DNA from: a virus
Taxonomy: Duplodnaviria; Caudoviricetes
Reading direction: 5' to 3' (one strand)
Virus record (IMG/VR): IMGVR_UViG_3300007171_000004
Coordinates: 96,001-160,000 of that record
Length of the DNA stretch: 64,000 bases
Position 1 is the first letter of the stretch; the number at the start of each line of letters is the position of its first letter. Positions 1 to 11,200 of the stretch are shown here, piece after piece. The translations under genes were made by a program, and so were the position numbers. Below the pieces are notes generated by a model. The model searched no databases and was not told where the DNA came from. It saw only the letters and a program-made list of their open reading frames with translations.

Positions 1-2540
1 CTATGGCTACAACAATAGATAATCAAAGAGCTACATACATTTTATCAGATGCTATGACATCTACAATGTATAATCCAGCATTAGCATTTTTAGGGCCAAA
101 AATTGATAATCAAACACAATATATGTACGTTATGATATCAAACACATCTAGTAATTTACGTGGCTCAATTTACAAATTTAACATTAGAGCATCATTATCT
201 GGTTTGTCGTCAGGAAGATCAACTTCTGGCTATTTATATAAAACCTTAGAAGTTGATCATAGTCCCTTGAATGTGATGGGCAGAGATCTTAGAATAGGAT
301 GTTTTGCTAATGTCAATCATAGCACAGGTAAAGGTGTAAATTCACTTTATTATCACTATGATAATAGATTCTTATATAGAGTTCCAGAATATTCAATTGA
401 AAATGGAAAAAATTACATTTTTGAAAGAGCTACTGTTGTTACTACAGTTAATGACGAAACAATTGTATTAGCTTCTTATGTAGATATGTCTTATGATCCA
501 TTTACTGACAAATTTTTGATGGGTAGATACAACAGCTATAGACAAGCTCATAGATGTGAAATATTAGAATTTAGTCCCACGAATAGGCCTTCAGATGGAT
601 ATTTAGGATTTGGCGGTGGACATGGATTATACAGAGATACGATGGATGATACTATTCGTCCTAATTCATATTCTGCCTTGAGAAACAACATAAGACAATA
701 TGGTGTTTCTTTTGAGGGTATATATTATAGATCTGACCAAAATGCTATTTATCCTGAAATTTATTGTGCTGATTATACTTTAGCAGACAAATTTAAATGT
801 TTTGCTATTACTCCTATTATTTCTTGTCCTGATAACGTAGGATTTGATAAATTACAAGTTGAGTATGATGATTATTTAGGAGATTTAGAGCAAGGTATTA
901 CTGCTGATACTTTTAAGATATATGCTAGAACTTCTGGCATGATTGATGACACAGGCACTTGGACACTATTATCTGATTCAAAAAATTTATCTTCTTTTAG
1001 TACTAGTGATAAAATCCAATTTAAAATTATGTTTAAGACTATTGGAGGTTCTGGAATTTACGCCAGAATTCATAGTTTAACAGTCATATACAATCGAGAT
1101 TCGAGTTTTGATTTAAAATTTGATACAAAAAACACTTTAGCTAATAATAATACAATATACCTAAATCAAAATCAAATGCTGAATAAAGCATTACCATATA
1201 CTATTGATATTTACAATAATGATACTCTTTATGCAAGTCAATCGTCTGAAAATGTTACATATGGAAAATTAGAAACATATACAAATTTATGGACTACAGC
1301 GCAAATTTCAGACAAATCAAATAGTAAAAAAATAATTAATACTAATAATGTTTTTATTTCATCACAAAAGAAAAATAGTGTAAATTCTGTTTATTTTAAT
1401 AACAGTTATATAGCTACAAATAATTCAAATGATTTCAATTTTGATTCTGATTTTCATATTGAGTTTTTCTACAAACCTTTCTCATTGTCTGATTTTGGTG
1501 GATCGTCTTTTAGAATTTTGAGTTTTGGTGGATCAGGAAGAGATGCAGGATGGGAAATTGGAAAAGAAACAATTTCGAGTATAGATAAGCTAGTATTTTA
1601 TATCGGAAATAGTAGTGCAAACACATTTATTGAAATTTGTAATATATCTGAACTTTTGAATAACTGGAACAGAATATCAGTCTATCGAAGAAGTGGAGAA
1701 ATCTGCACATTTTTAAATGGAACAAGAAAAAGTAAAGTTACAAATACTACAATTTTCAATAATATCACTAACACCTTAAATATAGGTTGTGGAAATATAT
1801 CTAATTCAAATTCTTATATGAAAGGTTATCTAGATAATCTATTTATATTAAAAGGATATGCTTTAAATTCATTACAAACTCAAGTGATACCGCCTGATGG
1901 AAATAGCATTGTGGGATTTACAAGAAAAACATTTGGAAGCTATTGGGGTGGCAATTTATCATTTTTCAAAACTAATTTACCTACAGCTACAACAGTAGTT
2001 ACTAATATGAATGATAATGCTGTACCAACATTCACTAGTTATGAATTTTTCGGTTATTTATATGCACCTTATGATCAAACAGTTACGATTTCTTTAGCTA
2101 ATGATGATGAAGGTAGATTATACGTTGGTCCTGCAGCATTAGAAGAGAATTATTCAGCAGCAAACTCTTTAATATATTTTGCATCAGCATCTAGCACACC
2201 AGTATTTGCATCCTATTATGCTACTGCGGGCTATCATCCTTTTAGAATTCTTACTGGAAATAATGGTGGTCCAGGATATTGTCTTGTAACTATTAATGGT
2301 TTTTATGATGTGAGCAATTTTATATACACATCTCAACAGATTGGAGTTACTGACTATTTCTTGTTAGATACTAAAATATATACACAATGGAATAATTTTA
2401 GAAATAATTCCTTTAGTAAATATTGTGTATTGCATTTAGATTTTAAAGATGAAACAAATTATACAGGAGTTAAAAGAAGATTCGTTTTTAATACAGGAGT
2501 TTTAGATTCTTTAGGGAAAGTAAAAATTAAGATAAGATGA
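1..2540 (+). CDS. Phage fibre/virion mosaic protein, 5'-truncated at the window edge; paralogue of the next two genes; carries a LamG plus PA14-like insertion
   Basis: The track's MATTIDNQRATY matches internal VPMATTVDNQRAVY (next gene) and VPFATTVDRIRATY (third gene), so this Met is internal. Shared KIYARTSGMIDDTGTW...IQFK...RIHSL block. LamG-like FHIEFFYKP...GYLDNLFILKG and PA14-like FFGYLYAP...NDDEGRLYVG segments. ATGA overlap with the next gene. Confidence 0.75.
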   Translation, partial: MATTIDNQRATYILSDAMTSTMYNPALAFLGPKIDNQTQYMYVMISNTSSNLRGSIYKFNIRASLSGLSSGRSTSGYLYKTLEVDHSPLNVMGRDLRIGCFANVNHSTGKGVNSLYYHYDNRFLYRVPEYSIENGKNYIFERATVVTTVNDETIVLASYVDMSYDPFTDKFLMGRYNSYRQAHRCEILEFSPTNRPSDGYLGFGGGHGLYRDTMDDTIRPNSYSALRNNIRQYGVSFEGIYYRSDQNAIYPEIYCADYTLADKFKCFAITPIISCPDNVGFDKLQVEYDDYLGDLEQGITADTFKIYARTSGMIDDTGTWTLLSDSKNLSSFSTSDKIQFKIMFKTIGGSGIYARIHSLTVIYNRDSSFDLKFDTKNTLANNNTIYLNQNQMLNKALPYTIDIYNNDTLYASQSSENVTYGKLETYTNLWTTAQISDKSNSKKIINTNNVFISSQKKNSVNSVYFNNSYIATNNSNDFNFDSDFHIEFFYKPFSLSDFGGSSFRILSFGGSGRDAGWEIGKETISSIDKLVFYIGNSSANTFIEICNISELLNNWNRISVYRRSGEICTFLNGTRKSKVTNTTIFNNITNTLNIGCGNISNSNSYMKGYLDNLFILKGYALNSLQTQVIPPDGNSIVGFTRKTFGSYWGGNLSFFKTNLPTATTVVTNMNDNAVPTFTSYEFFGYLYAPYDQTVTISLANDDEGRLYVGPAALEENYSAANSLIYFASASSTPVFASYYATAGYHPFRILTGNNGGPGYCLVTINGFYDVSNFIYTSQQIGVTDYFLLDTKIYTQWNNFRNNSFSKYCVLHLDFKDETNYTGVKRRFVFNTGVLDSLGKVKIKIR

Positions 2541-5500
2541 GCACTTACCCTTCATACAGACCTCCAATTGGTTCTACAATTAACTACAACAACCCCATTA
2601 CACATGGCTTGATAGCTTGTTACCCTTTTAATGATCAAATGGGTAATATTGCTCATGATCTGGTATCACAAAGAAATTTATCTTTAATTAATGGGCCTAC
2701 GTGGACAGCAGCAAATGGTGGTGGATTATCATTTGATGGGAGCAATGACTATGCTGAAAACGGAAGAATATTTATTCCATTTAATTCGTTAACATTTTCT
2801 ATTTGGGTATTTAAGCCAGTAACATTTGAAAGTGCATATAAAAAGATAGTTGTAATTGGAGATGCTGGTGGTAATGTTTCGCTCTATCTTTCGCAAGGAC
2901 CAGGACCTCAAATTTATTTTGGAATAGGTACAACTTCAGGACAAAACGGGCCTTTTTTAAATACTGCTTTAGCTGCAAATACTTGGCATCATTTAGTAGG
3001 TACATGGAATGGATCTGTAGTTAAATTATTTATAAATGGTAAATTTGTTAATCAAATAAATTACGCTGGAACATGGCCTGGAGGATATAGAAATTATCCA
3101 TTACGTGTAGGCTGGGGATATAGTGCAGAATATTTTAACGGGACAGTAAGAGATTTATTAATATTCGATAGAGCTTTAGACGCAGGTGAAGTTCAAAGCT
3201 TATATGAAAATCCAAAATCTGTTTACGCTGAACCTATTTCTTATAGTTTACCAGTCACTAATTATAGAATGTTAGGAGCTCCATCAATTGGTACAGGAGA
3301 ATCATTTGGAAACAACTATCTAAATGGTCCGATTCGATTCTACTTAAATTCTATCCAAGCTCCAACAGTTCCGCAAAATATCAATATTAAAAAGAATAAT
3401 GTTCTTAAATTATCTAACAAAAAATCAAAAATTTTAGAGTATGATTTTAATAAAGAAACACAATTTGCTAATTACAAATCTTTAGACAATCCTATTTCAT
3501 CTGTAGAAGTATTTGGTACAACAGGATCAACAATTTATTCATATAGAGTTACAGCATATGATAGCTTTGGTGAGTCTACATCTAATCAAGTAATTATAAA
3601 TAATGGAAATAATGTTTTAAATTCTTCTAATTTTAACAGAATAACATGGAAACCAATAAGAAATGTTATTGGATATAAAATATATGGCAGAACAAAAGAT
3701 AATGAAAGATTTTTAGCAACAATAACTAATACAAATTATTATGATGATATTGGATCTGCTACACCAACAATATTATTTCCATCAGTAAATACATCTGGCT
3801 ATAATCCGAATAAATTAAACTTAGGTCCTCTAATTAAAAAATACACAGGCGATAAACACTATGATAATTTTATTGGACCTAGAAAAGTTTATCACATTCC
3901 ATTAGATTATATTGGTAACTGGACTGATTTAATAAGAGTTTTTGAATATAATGATGATTTCAATTATATATTGACTTATTATTCATCTAGTGCTGGGCAA
4001 ATTAGACTATTATATTTATTTAAATTTTTCAAAAAAATAGATGAGTTTTTATATGTAGGTAGATTAGACTTGAATTTAAGTCCAACATCTAGTATGAGTA
4101 TCTACGGAAACCCTTTGGCTGAATTATATTATCATAATAATGGAACAGTATCAGTATCAGGAACATCAGTAACTGGCGCAAATACTACATGGGTGTCTGA
4201 TAGAATAGCTGTTGGCGCAAGAATAGGCTTTGGATCTACAGAAGCAAGATTCATCACAATATGGTATGATATTACTGCTATCAATTCAAATACATCAATA
4301 ACAATAAATACATCAGCTGGAACTATTAATTCCAATACTCCTTATGTCATAGAGGAGTTAAGAGTTATGATGTCTTCTAGGCAAACGGTGTCTCCTTTTA
4401 ATCAAGCTGGATTATATATAGCTAAAGGATTACACTTCGGATTATTTAGAATTTATTTGGGTAATTCAGTTCCTATGGCTACAACAGTAGATAATCAAAG
4501 AGCTGTATATAGATTAACTCATCCTACTACTCCTCCAAATGATATGTATATTGGTACGGATGAAAAATATACAAATACCACACATTATGTATATGGTAAT
4601 AATTATATTACTACACGTACTAACAGATTTTATAAATTTAATGTCAGGGCAGCATTGACAGATCTAGTTGCTGGCACATCTACACTAGCGGCAGTAGCAA
4701 TGACTGCTAATGTAAGCAGTAATAATAATCAAACATCTCATCTAACAAGAGTACATACTCCTAAATCTGGCCCTTATGCTGGAAGAAATATTATGCTCAC
4801 ACCGGATAGTAGCTGGTTATATGTTATAGATGTAGATAAAATAAAGAATTTTGCCACTGATATTTATTTAGATAGAACAAGATATATACGTTTAGGTGGT
4901 GACAACTATGCAGCTTTAGAAACAAGAAGTAGTCCAGAATTAAACTGTTATGATAATAATTTAGACTTATACTTTGGAACTATAACTAGACAGTCATTTT
5001 TGTATAGGTTCGAAAATTTAATTAACATAAGTACTTCAGAAAGAATGAGTTCTAATAATGCTGCATCAGAACATGAGAGTATGATCTATAAATATCCATT
5101 AAATGGAGATTATAATTATATTTGGAATTTGCCCGTGTATCAAATATCTGATGAAGGTTTGCATTATATGACAGCGAATAATCAAGGTAGAAAAAACAGT
5201 GTGCTAATATGGCCTTTATACGCTGAATCAAACATAGCTGAATTAACTAAAAATAGATTAGTTTTACCTAAATTTTCTACTATAAATGCTACATTATTTA
5301 AAAAAGTATATGTGCAAAATTCCCTAAACTTATATGATGAATCATTTGGAATTAGACCGGATCCATACAAAATATATGCAAGAACTATGGGTATTGATGA
5401 TGATTCAGGGAAATGGACTTTAATAGAAAATAATGATATGTCTGCAATTCAACCAGCTGATTATATTCAATTTATGTTCGAATTTAAAGTGATGAAAAAA

Positions 5501-5860
5501 ATTATGGTGTTTGCAAGATTATATTCATTATCTATGTCATATGAAACAGATGAATATTTGCCAAAAGAACTTACTTTTAATTTACAAGATACAGATTTAA
5601 ACAACAACGTGATTGGCTTTAAACAAAAATTCTTATTTGAATCGTTAAATTATTTAGCTATAGAAATTTATGACAAACAGAATGATAATTTAATATTCAA
5701 ACAATTAAGTACAGAAACAACATTTGGTAATTTTCAATATTATAATAATGGATGGGTCAATGGCATAGGAGCTAATATTATTGGAACTAGAAGAAGATTT
5801 ATAGTAACTGCATCTATGCCTAATACTTCATATAAAATAAAAATTTACAGAGGAATATAA
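2537..5860 (+). CDS. Phage fibre/virion protein (1107 aa): N-terminal LamG/ConA-like domain, FnIII-like module, RIGFGST module, conserved C-terminal domain
   Basis: LamG signature YPFNDQMG...GLSFDGSNDY...WHHLVGTWNG..VKLFING...VRDLLIFDRAL. YSYRVTAYDSFGES FnIII-like strand. Paralogy with the flanking genes. Translationally coupled at both ends (ATGA, TAATG). Confidence 0.8.
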   Translation: MSTYPSYRPPIGSTINYNNPITHGLIACYPFNDQMGNIAHDLVSQRNLSLINGPTWTAANGGGLSFDGSNDYAENGRIFIPFNSLTFSIWVFKPVTFESAYKKIVVIGDAGGNVSLYLSQGPGPQIYFGIGTTSGQNGPFLNTALAANTWHHLVGTWNGSVVKLFINGKFVNQINYAGTWPGGYRNYPLRVGWGYSAEYFNGTVRDLLIFDRALDAGEVQSLYENPKSVYAEPISYSLPVTNYRMLGAPSIGTGESFGNNYLNGPIRFYLNSIQAPTVPQNINIKKNNVLKLSNKKSKILEYDFNKETQFANYKSLDNPISSVEVFGTTGSTIYSYRVTAYDSFGESTSNQVIINNGNNVLNSSNFNRITWKPIRNVIGYKIYGRTKDNERFLATITNTNYYDDIGSATPTILFPSVNTSGYNPNKLNLGPLIKKYTGDKHYDNFIGPRKVYHIPLDYIGNWTDLIRVFEYNDDFNYILTYYSSSAGQIRLLYLFKFFKKIDEFLYVGRLDLNLSPTSSMSIYGNPLAELYYHNNGTVSVSGTSVTGANTTWVSDRIAVGARIGFGSTEARFITIWYDITAINSNTSITINTSAGTINSNTPYVIEELRVMMSSRQTVSPFNQAGLYIAKGLHFGLFRIYLGNSVPMATTVDNQRAVYRLTHPTTPPNDMYIGTDEKYTNTTHYVYGNNYITTRTNRFYKFNVRAALTDLVAGTSTLAAVAMTANVSSNNNQTSHLTRVHTPKSGPYAGRNIMLTPDSSWLYVIDVDKIKNFATDIYLDRTRYIRLGGDNYAALETRSSPELNCYDNNLDLYFGTITRQSFLYRFENLINISTSERMSSNNAASEHESMIYKYPLNGDYNYIWNLPVYQISDEGLHYMTANNQGRKNSVLIWPLYAESNIAELTKNRLVLPKFSTINATLFKKVYVQNSLNLYDESFGIRPDPYKIYARTMGIDDDSGKWTLIENNDMSAIQPADYIQFMFEFKVMKKIMVFARLYSLSMSYETDEYLPKELTFNLQDTDLNNNVIGFKQKFLFESLNYLAIEIYDKQNDNLIFKQLSTETTFGNFQYYNNGWVNGIGANIIGTRRRFIVTASMPNTSYKIKIYRGI

Positions 5861-8265
5861 TGGCTATCGAAAGTATAGATTTTACATTTGATTCTAGCTT
5901 AAATTATAGAAATTATATTCCTGCAAAAGCACCAACCTTATCTAGATATGATAATATTGGAACTCCTGGAAATACATCTTATAGCTACAAATTGTCTTTA
6001 GTTAATAATGATGGTGAATCTGATTTATCAGACGAAATTATTACCTATAACTCTAATTCAGTGTTATCATCATCAAATTACGTAAGAATATTTTGGAATC
6101 AATCTGAGCTAACCAATTATTACAAATTATATAAATTAGTTAACGGATCTTATGTATTTTTAGCTAATATTTATGATCACTTACATTATGATGATATTGG
6201 AACAACACCTAGCTCAATTAATCATCAAGGATATAATTCAACAGGATATGACCCATCATATGTAAATCTTGGATATCTAATGTATAGGTACTCCGGTGCA
6301 AATAAATATGATAATTATGTATCACCCTTAAGATTAGAACATATATTTCATGGTGCTAATTATTATAACAATACATTTAGTTATTTATTTAAAGTAATAA
6401 GATATACAAAAAATTTAGATTATTTATTTACAACAAACACGTCAAGTACACAAAATATACAATACATGATTTATAATCGCAAAGAAAATAAATTTTATCA
6501 AGGTGGCGTAGTTTATATATTTTTCCGTGGCACTACAAATATGTATATATATGATGCTGATATAAATGTAGAAAGCTCATCTGATGGATATGTAACTGTT
6601 TCAGGAAATACAGTCACAGGTACAAATACTAAATTTAATTCTTCTGGATTTAGTGTTGGTAGTAGAATAGGCTTTGGTTCCACAAACCCTGAAGCTATAA
6701 CAGAGTGGTATGAGGTAGCATCTATTATTTCAGATACTTCATTAACCCTAACAGAAACATTAAGTAAAACTTACCCTCCTAACTCACCTTATATCATTGA
6801 AGAAGTGATAATGTTAAGTGCAAATTATTGGAATACCAGTCCTTATAACTTAGGTGGTGTTTATATAACAAAAGGCATGAATTTTACATTCATGAAACAT
6901 AATAACACAGTTCCTTTTGCCACTACAGTAGATAGAATTAGAGCTACATATAGAATAATTAATTCTGGAACGAATATTATTACTTATGCTGGTTCGTTAG
7001 TATCATTGCCAAAAGCATCTAATAATGAACATATTTTTTATGCATCTATCGAACAAGGTAATACATTAAGAATCGCATGTTTTAATGCAAAAGCTCCTCT
7101 AACTCTAGTAGCAGGAGAGTCAACAAGTGCTTTAAAATTCATCACGAAAAGTTATGATTGTATAAATACAGCTGATGGTTTAAGAATGTTCTGTTTACCT
7201 TTTGGACCTGGAAGAAATAAATATTCTATATATTTCAGAAGTGGAGGTGCAAGTGTATTACAAAGAATAGATTTAAATGATCTTAAACAAGATGCTGATT
7301 TATTTGGGCAAGATCATGGATATGTAAGACCAATAGCTAATGCCTACAGAGGTTTTAGCTTAGTTAATCCTTCTAATGCAAGATATATCCCAAATCTAGA
7401 ACAAGTGTTATTTTCAGCAACAACAAATACTGTAATGCCATATGATACAAATTATCCATACTACTATAATGAGTTTGGAGAAGTTAATTATGAAAGTTCA
7501 GATTACAGAATGCCTTCTAAAGATACTGTATCACACTTAAAAGAAAGTTCAAACTTTAATATTTCAGATGGGCTTTGGTATTATGTAGCAAACAGTTATA
7601 AACTAGGCGTATTTCCGGGAGAAGCTGATTGGAGATTTGCTTCAAGAAATAATGCAAGAATTATTACTCATTCAATCGATACTAGTCATATAACAAAATT
7701 CAATAAATTATTAGTACATCATCCTGAAGTATTAGGAAGTCATGATTTAGGGTCGATGCCTGAACCATTTAGAGTTTACTTCAGAACAGAAGGTATATCA
7801 GATGACTCAGGAGATTGGTGTCTATTAAATGATTCTTTTGATATGTCATTTATAACTCCAAAAGACAATATTCAATTTATGCTTGAATTCAGAATATTAG
7901 GCAGAGCATCTGTTCCTAATAGAATTTATGGTTTATCAATATCGTATTTTGTTGATGAAGATTTACCTACAGGATTTGAATGGAATTTATATGATTCAAA
8001 TGCATCATCATCAATTATAGGATTTGAACAAACAAGTGTATTGAATACTTTAGGCAATTTTAAGATTACATATTATTTATCAGAATCAGATGAAGAAGTA
8101 TTTACAGCATACAGTACAGAAAATATAAATGGTTCTTTTCAATATTGGAATGGATCATCTTGGATAAATGGTGTTGGACCTAATATGTTTGGAACTAGAA
8201 GAAGATTTGCAGCTTCACATTATTTACCAAGCACTGATGTATATGCTAAAATTGCTTTAGTCTGA
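5860..8265 (+). CDS. Phage fibre/virion protein (801 aa), paralogue of the two upstream genes, lacking the LamG domain
   Basis: Colinear with 2537..5860: YSYKLSLVNNDGES, YDDIGTTP, SRIGFGSTNP, ATTVDRIRATY, FRVYFRTEGISDDSGDW, IQFMLEFR, GTRRRF. Confidence 0.8.
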   Translation: MAIESIDFTFDSSLNYRNYIPAKAPTLSRYDNIGTPGNTSYSYKLSLVNNDGESDLSDEIITYNSNSVLSSSNYVRIFWNQSELTNYYKLYKLVNGSYVFLANIYDHLHYDDIGTTPSSINHQGYNSTGYDPSYVNLGYLMYRYSGANKYDNYVSPLRLEHIFHGANYYNNTFSYLFKVIRYTKNLDYLFTTNTSSTQNIQYMIYNRKENKFYQGGVVYIFFRGTTNMYIYDADINVESSSDGYVTVSGNTVTGTNTKFNSSGFSVGSRIGFGSTNPEAITEWYEVASIISDTSLTLTETLSKTYPPNSPYIIEEVIMLSANYWNTSPYNLGGVYITKGMNFTFMKHNNTVPFATTVDRIRATYRIINSGTNIITYAGSLVSLPKASNNEHIFYASIEQGNTLRIACFNAKAPLTLVAGESTSALKFITKSYDCINTADGLRMFCLPFGPGRNKYSIYFRSGGASVLQRIDLNDLKQDADLFGQDHGYVRPIANAYRGFSLVNPSNARYIPNLEQVLFSATTNTVMPYDTNYPYYYNEFGEVNYESSDYRMPSKDTVSHLKESSNFNISDGLWYYVANSYKLGVFPGEADWRFASRNNARIITHSIDTSHITKFNKLLVHHPEVLGSHDLGSMPEPFRVYFRTEGISDDSGDWCLLNDSFDMSFITPKDNIQFMLEFRILGRASVPNRIYGLSISYFVDEDLPTGFEWNLYDSNASSSIIGFEQTSVLNTLGNFKITYYLSESDEEVFTAYSTENINGSFQYWNGSSWINGVGPNMFGTRRRFAASHYLPSTDVYAKIALV

Positions 8266-8275
8266 GGATAAGAAA

Positions 8276-11200
8276 ATAGCTGATATTATTTCAGATGGCT
8301 CATTTTCAATTTACACGAGCACATCAAATCAAACTTCAACTTCTCTTAATTTTAATGGGAATGTAAGTTTAACTTCGTCTAGTCCTTATGTACAAACAGC
8401 CTTATCTTACAGTATATCTGATAGTGAATTAATATACTCGGTAGCTCAATCTGTATTTACAAAATCTGCTAATCCATTTTACACATATACTACTGACGGT
8501 TTAAAATTATATGTAAATGCGTTCTCTAAAGATTCTTACCCAGGTACAGGAAATGTTTGGTATGATCTTTCTGGTAATAATGCTAATGTCACTCTTGTAA
8601 ATAGTCCAATAAAATCTCCATATTCTTTTGATTTTTCTGGTGCTACAGATTATGCCACTGGAACTGTTGTCATTTCTGATTCAAATCCTGGCGATACAGT
8701 CACAGTTGAATTTTTGATGTTTGGAGATTTAGCTACTTTCACTGTGCCATTTAAATTTGATGGACTTAATTACGGTATTTACACAAAAAATGGGCATCTA
8801 GGATTCAATACATGGTCAGATGATATTTACGGTGTTACATCTGCACCATATGAAAATGAATACAACCACTTTGTATTTATTTTTAAACGAAATCAAGTTG
8901 AAAATTGTAAGATGTACATCAATGGCAATCTTCAAACTTTAACAAATAGAATGAATCCTTATAATAATTCCAATGCTAATTTTAATAGTGGTGGATTTAT
9001 TATTGGAAATACTTTAAATACAAGTGGTTATAATGCCAATGTCCGTGTATGCTACTTAAGAATCTACAATAAAGAATTAGCCCAAGCAGAAGTTACACAA
9101 AACTATATCTGGTCAACAAAGATCTTTTATCCATTCTTTACAATTCCGAGTGCACCAGAAAAAATTACACAAGATTTAGTATTAGATATTGATGCTGGAA
9201 ATCTTTATTCATATCCTAGCTCTGGAACAAAAGTAATATCACCTAAACCATATGATAATCCTTCTATTTTAAGATCTATGATTATGCCTCTAGGTCTATC
9301 AACAAATTACATTGGAGGAGACATTGAAGGTGTATTATATAATGGAGTTGGATTCTCTACAAATTTTGGCGGTGTGTGGAATTTTGATGGAACTAATGAT
9401 TATATAGAATTTCCATACAATAGTGCAATAAATAATGCTGATAATTTTACTTTTGAATGCTGGTTTAAATCTAACAATATAGCTTTAGAACAAGTAATTT
9501 TTAACACAAATAATTATGGACAAAGCCCTGAGAGAGGATATCATATAGAAATCTACCAATCTAAAATGATCTTGCAGGTTTTTCCCTCTCAGCAATTTAC
9601 ATTTTCTACTGTCACTTTGCAATCAAATGTTTGGTATTTTCTATCTGTCACATATAGTAATGGTTCTGTAAATTACTATGTTAACAATGTATCTGCTGGA
9701 ACTGGGAATTACACTTTTATACCTTCTACAGCAACTTTATTAATTGGAAGATATCCTCAAGGATTTTTTAATCTTAATGGTCAAGTGAGCAATTTAAGAT
9801 TCTATTCAAGAGTATTAACTGAAACTGAAAGAAAATTGAACTATGATGCTTTGTCTCCTAGATTCCAAGTACAAGCATTAAATAACGTAAACTATCTACC
9901 AACTAAAGAAATGTATCCAGATATTGTTCAAACTGGATTACTTTTGAATATTGATCCTGGATATTATAAATCTTACACAGGATCTGGAACTACAATTAAT
10001 TCTTTAGTCAACAATTATACTGGCACTCTTAATAATGGTGTTGGATATTTAGCAAAGAATTACGGACAACTAGTTTTTGATGGTACTAATGATTATGTAA
10101 GCATCCCAAATGCAGATCTTTTAAATCTTGGAAGCAGTTTTACTATTTCAGCATGGGTTAAGATTAATGATATTAGTGCTACTGGTGTTTATGCTATATT
10201 CAATAATGTTGACATAAATCCAGGTGTAGTTACAAAAGGCTATTCTTTTTATTGGATAGGCTCTGGAATATATGGCATTAATTCAAAAAGTATCGCATTA
10301 CAATTTGGACAAAATGCATGGGAATGGAATGTTTATTCTTCAGCCGTTAACTCTATAAATGATACAAACTTTCATCATGTTGTAGTAACTATTTCGAATG
10401 CTAATACAAACAACCCAACTGTAAACTTTTATATAGATGGAAATGTTTCAACATCAAACTGGTGGAATTCTTCAACAAAAAGAGCAATTAATTACAATGA
10501 TAATGTAAACGCAATAAGAATTGGTCATTATTTTATTCCAACAGATCCTAATTATGCAAACACTAATGTATACGCAAACATAAATTTAGGAAATGTTCAA
10601 ATCTACACTACAGCATTATCAGGTAAAGAAATAAAGCAAAATTATTATGCTACATATTGGAAATTTAACACACAAATAAAATCTGGTCAACAATTATATC
10701 TTGACGCTGGTAATAATAACTCATATTCTGGCTCTGGTACATCTATTTTAGATATATCAGGAAATTCCAGAAATGGGACTCTAGTAAATGGTGTAGCTTT
10801 TACTTCTAATTACGAAGGTGGATTAATTTTTGATGGCACTAACGACCAAATCCAATTAAGTAGTGTAATTTTATCAGGATCGCAAGATTTTACAATTAGT
10901 GCATGGGTGGAAAGTACTGGCGGAGTTGGAACCATTTTTGGTAACTACCCTGCTGGCACACTCCAAATGTTCTATTCTCCAAACTATATTGGTTTCTGGT
11001 TGAATAACAATAGTGCTTATGCCAATGCTGCTTTATATTACAAATCTGGGCCTGTAAATTTAACTGTCCAAAGGTCTGGAGGTTCTAATCTTTTTGTATA
11101 TCTAGATGGACTATTAATTAAAACAGGGTCTTCAAACGCATTAATTGGAACAACTTCAGATTTTAGAATTGGTGCTACAACTGCAAATGCTGAATTATTC

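Noticed and set aside
8250-8370. Frameshift fusion of the 801 aa gene into the LamG giant, or a 23-codon ORF at ATG 8295
   Set aside because: No slippery site is seen and the 801 aa protein ends where its paralogues do. ATG 8295 is out of frame with the LamG coding sequence and has no suitably spaced RBS. The ATA start is simpler.
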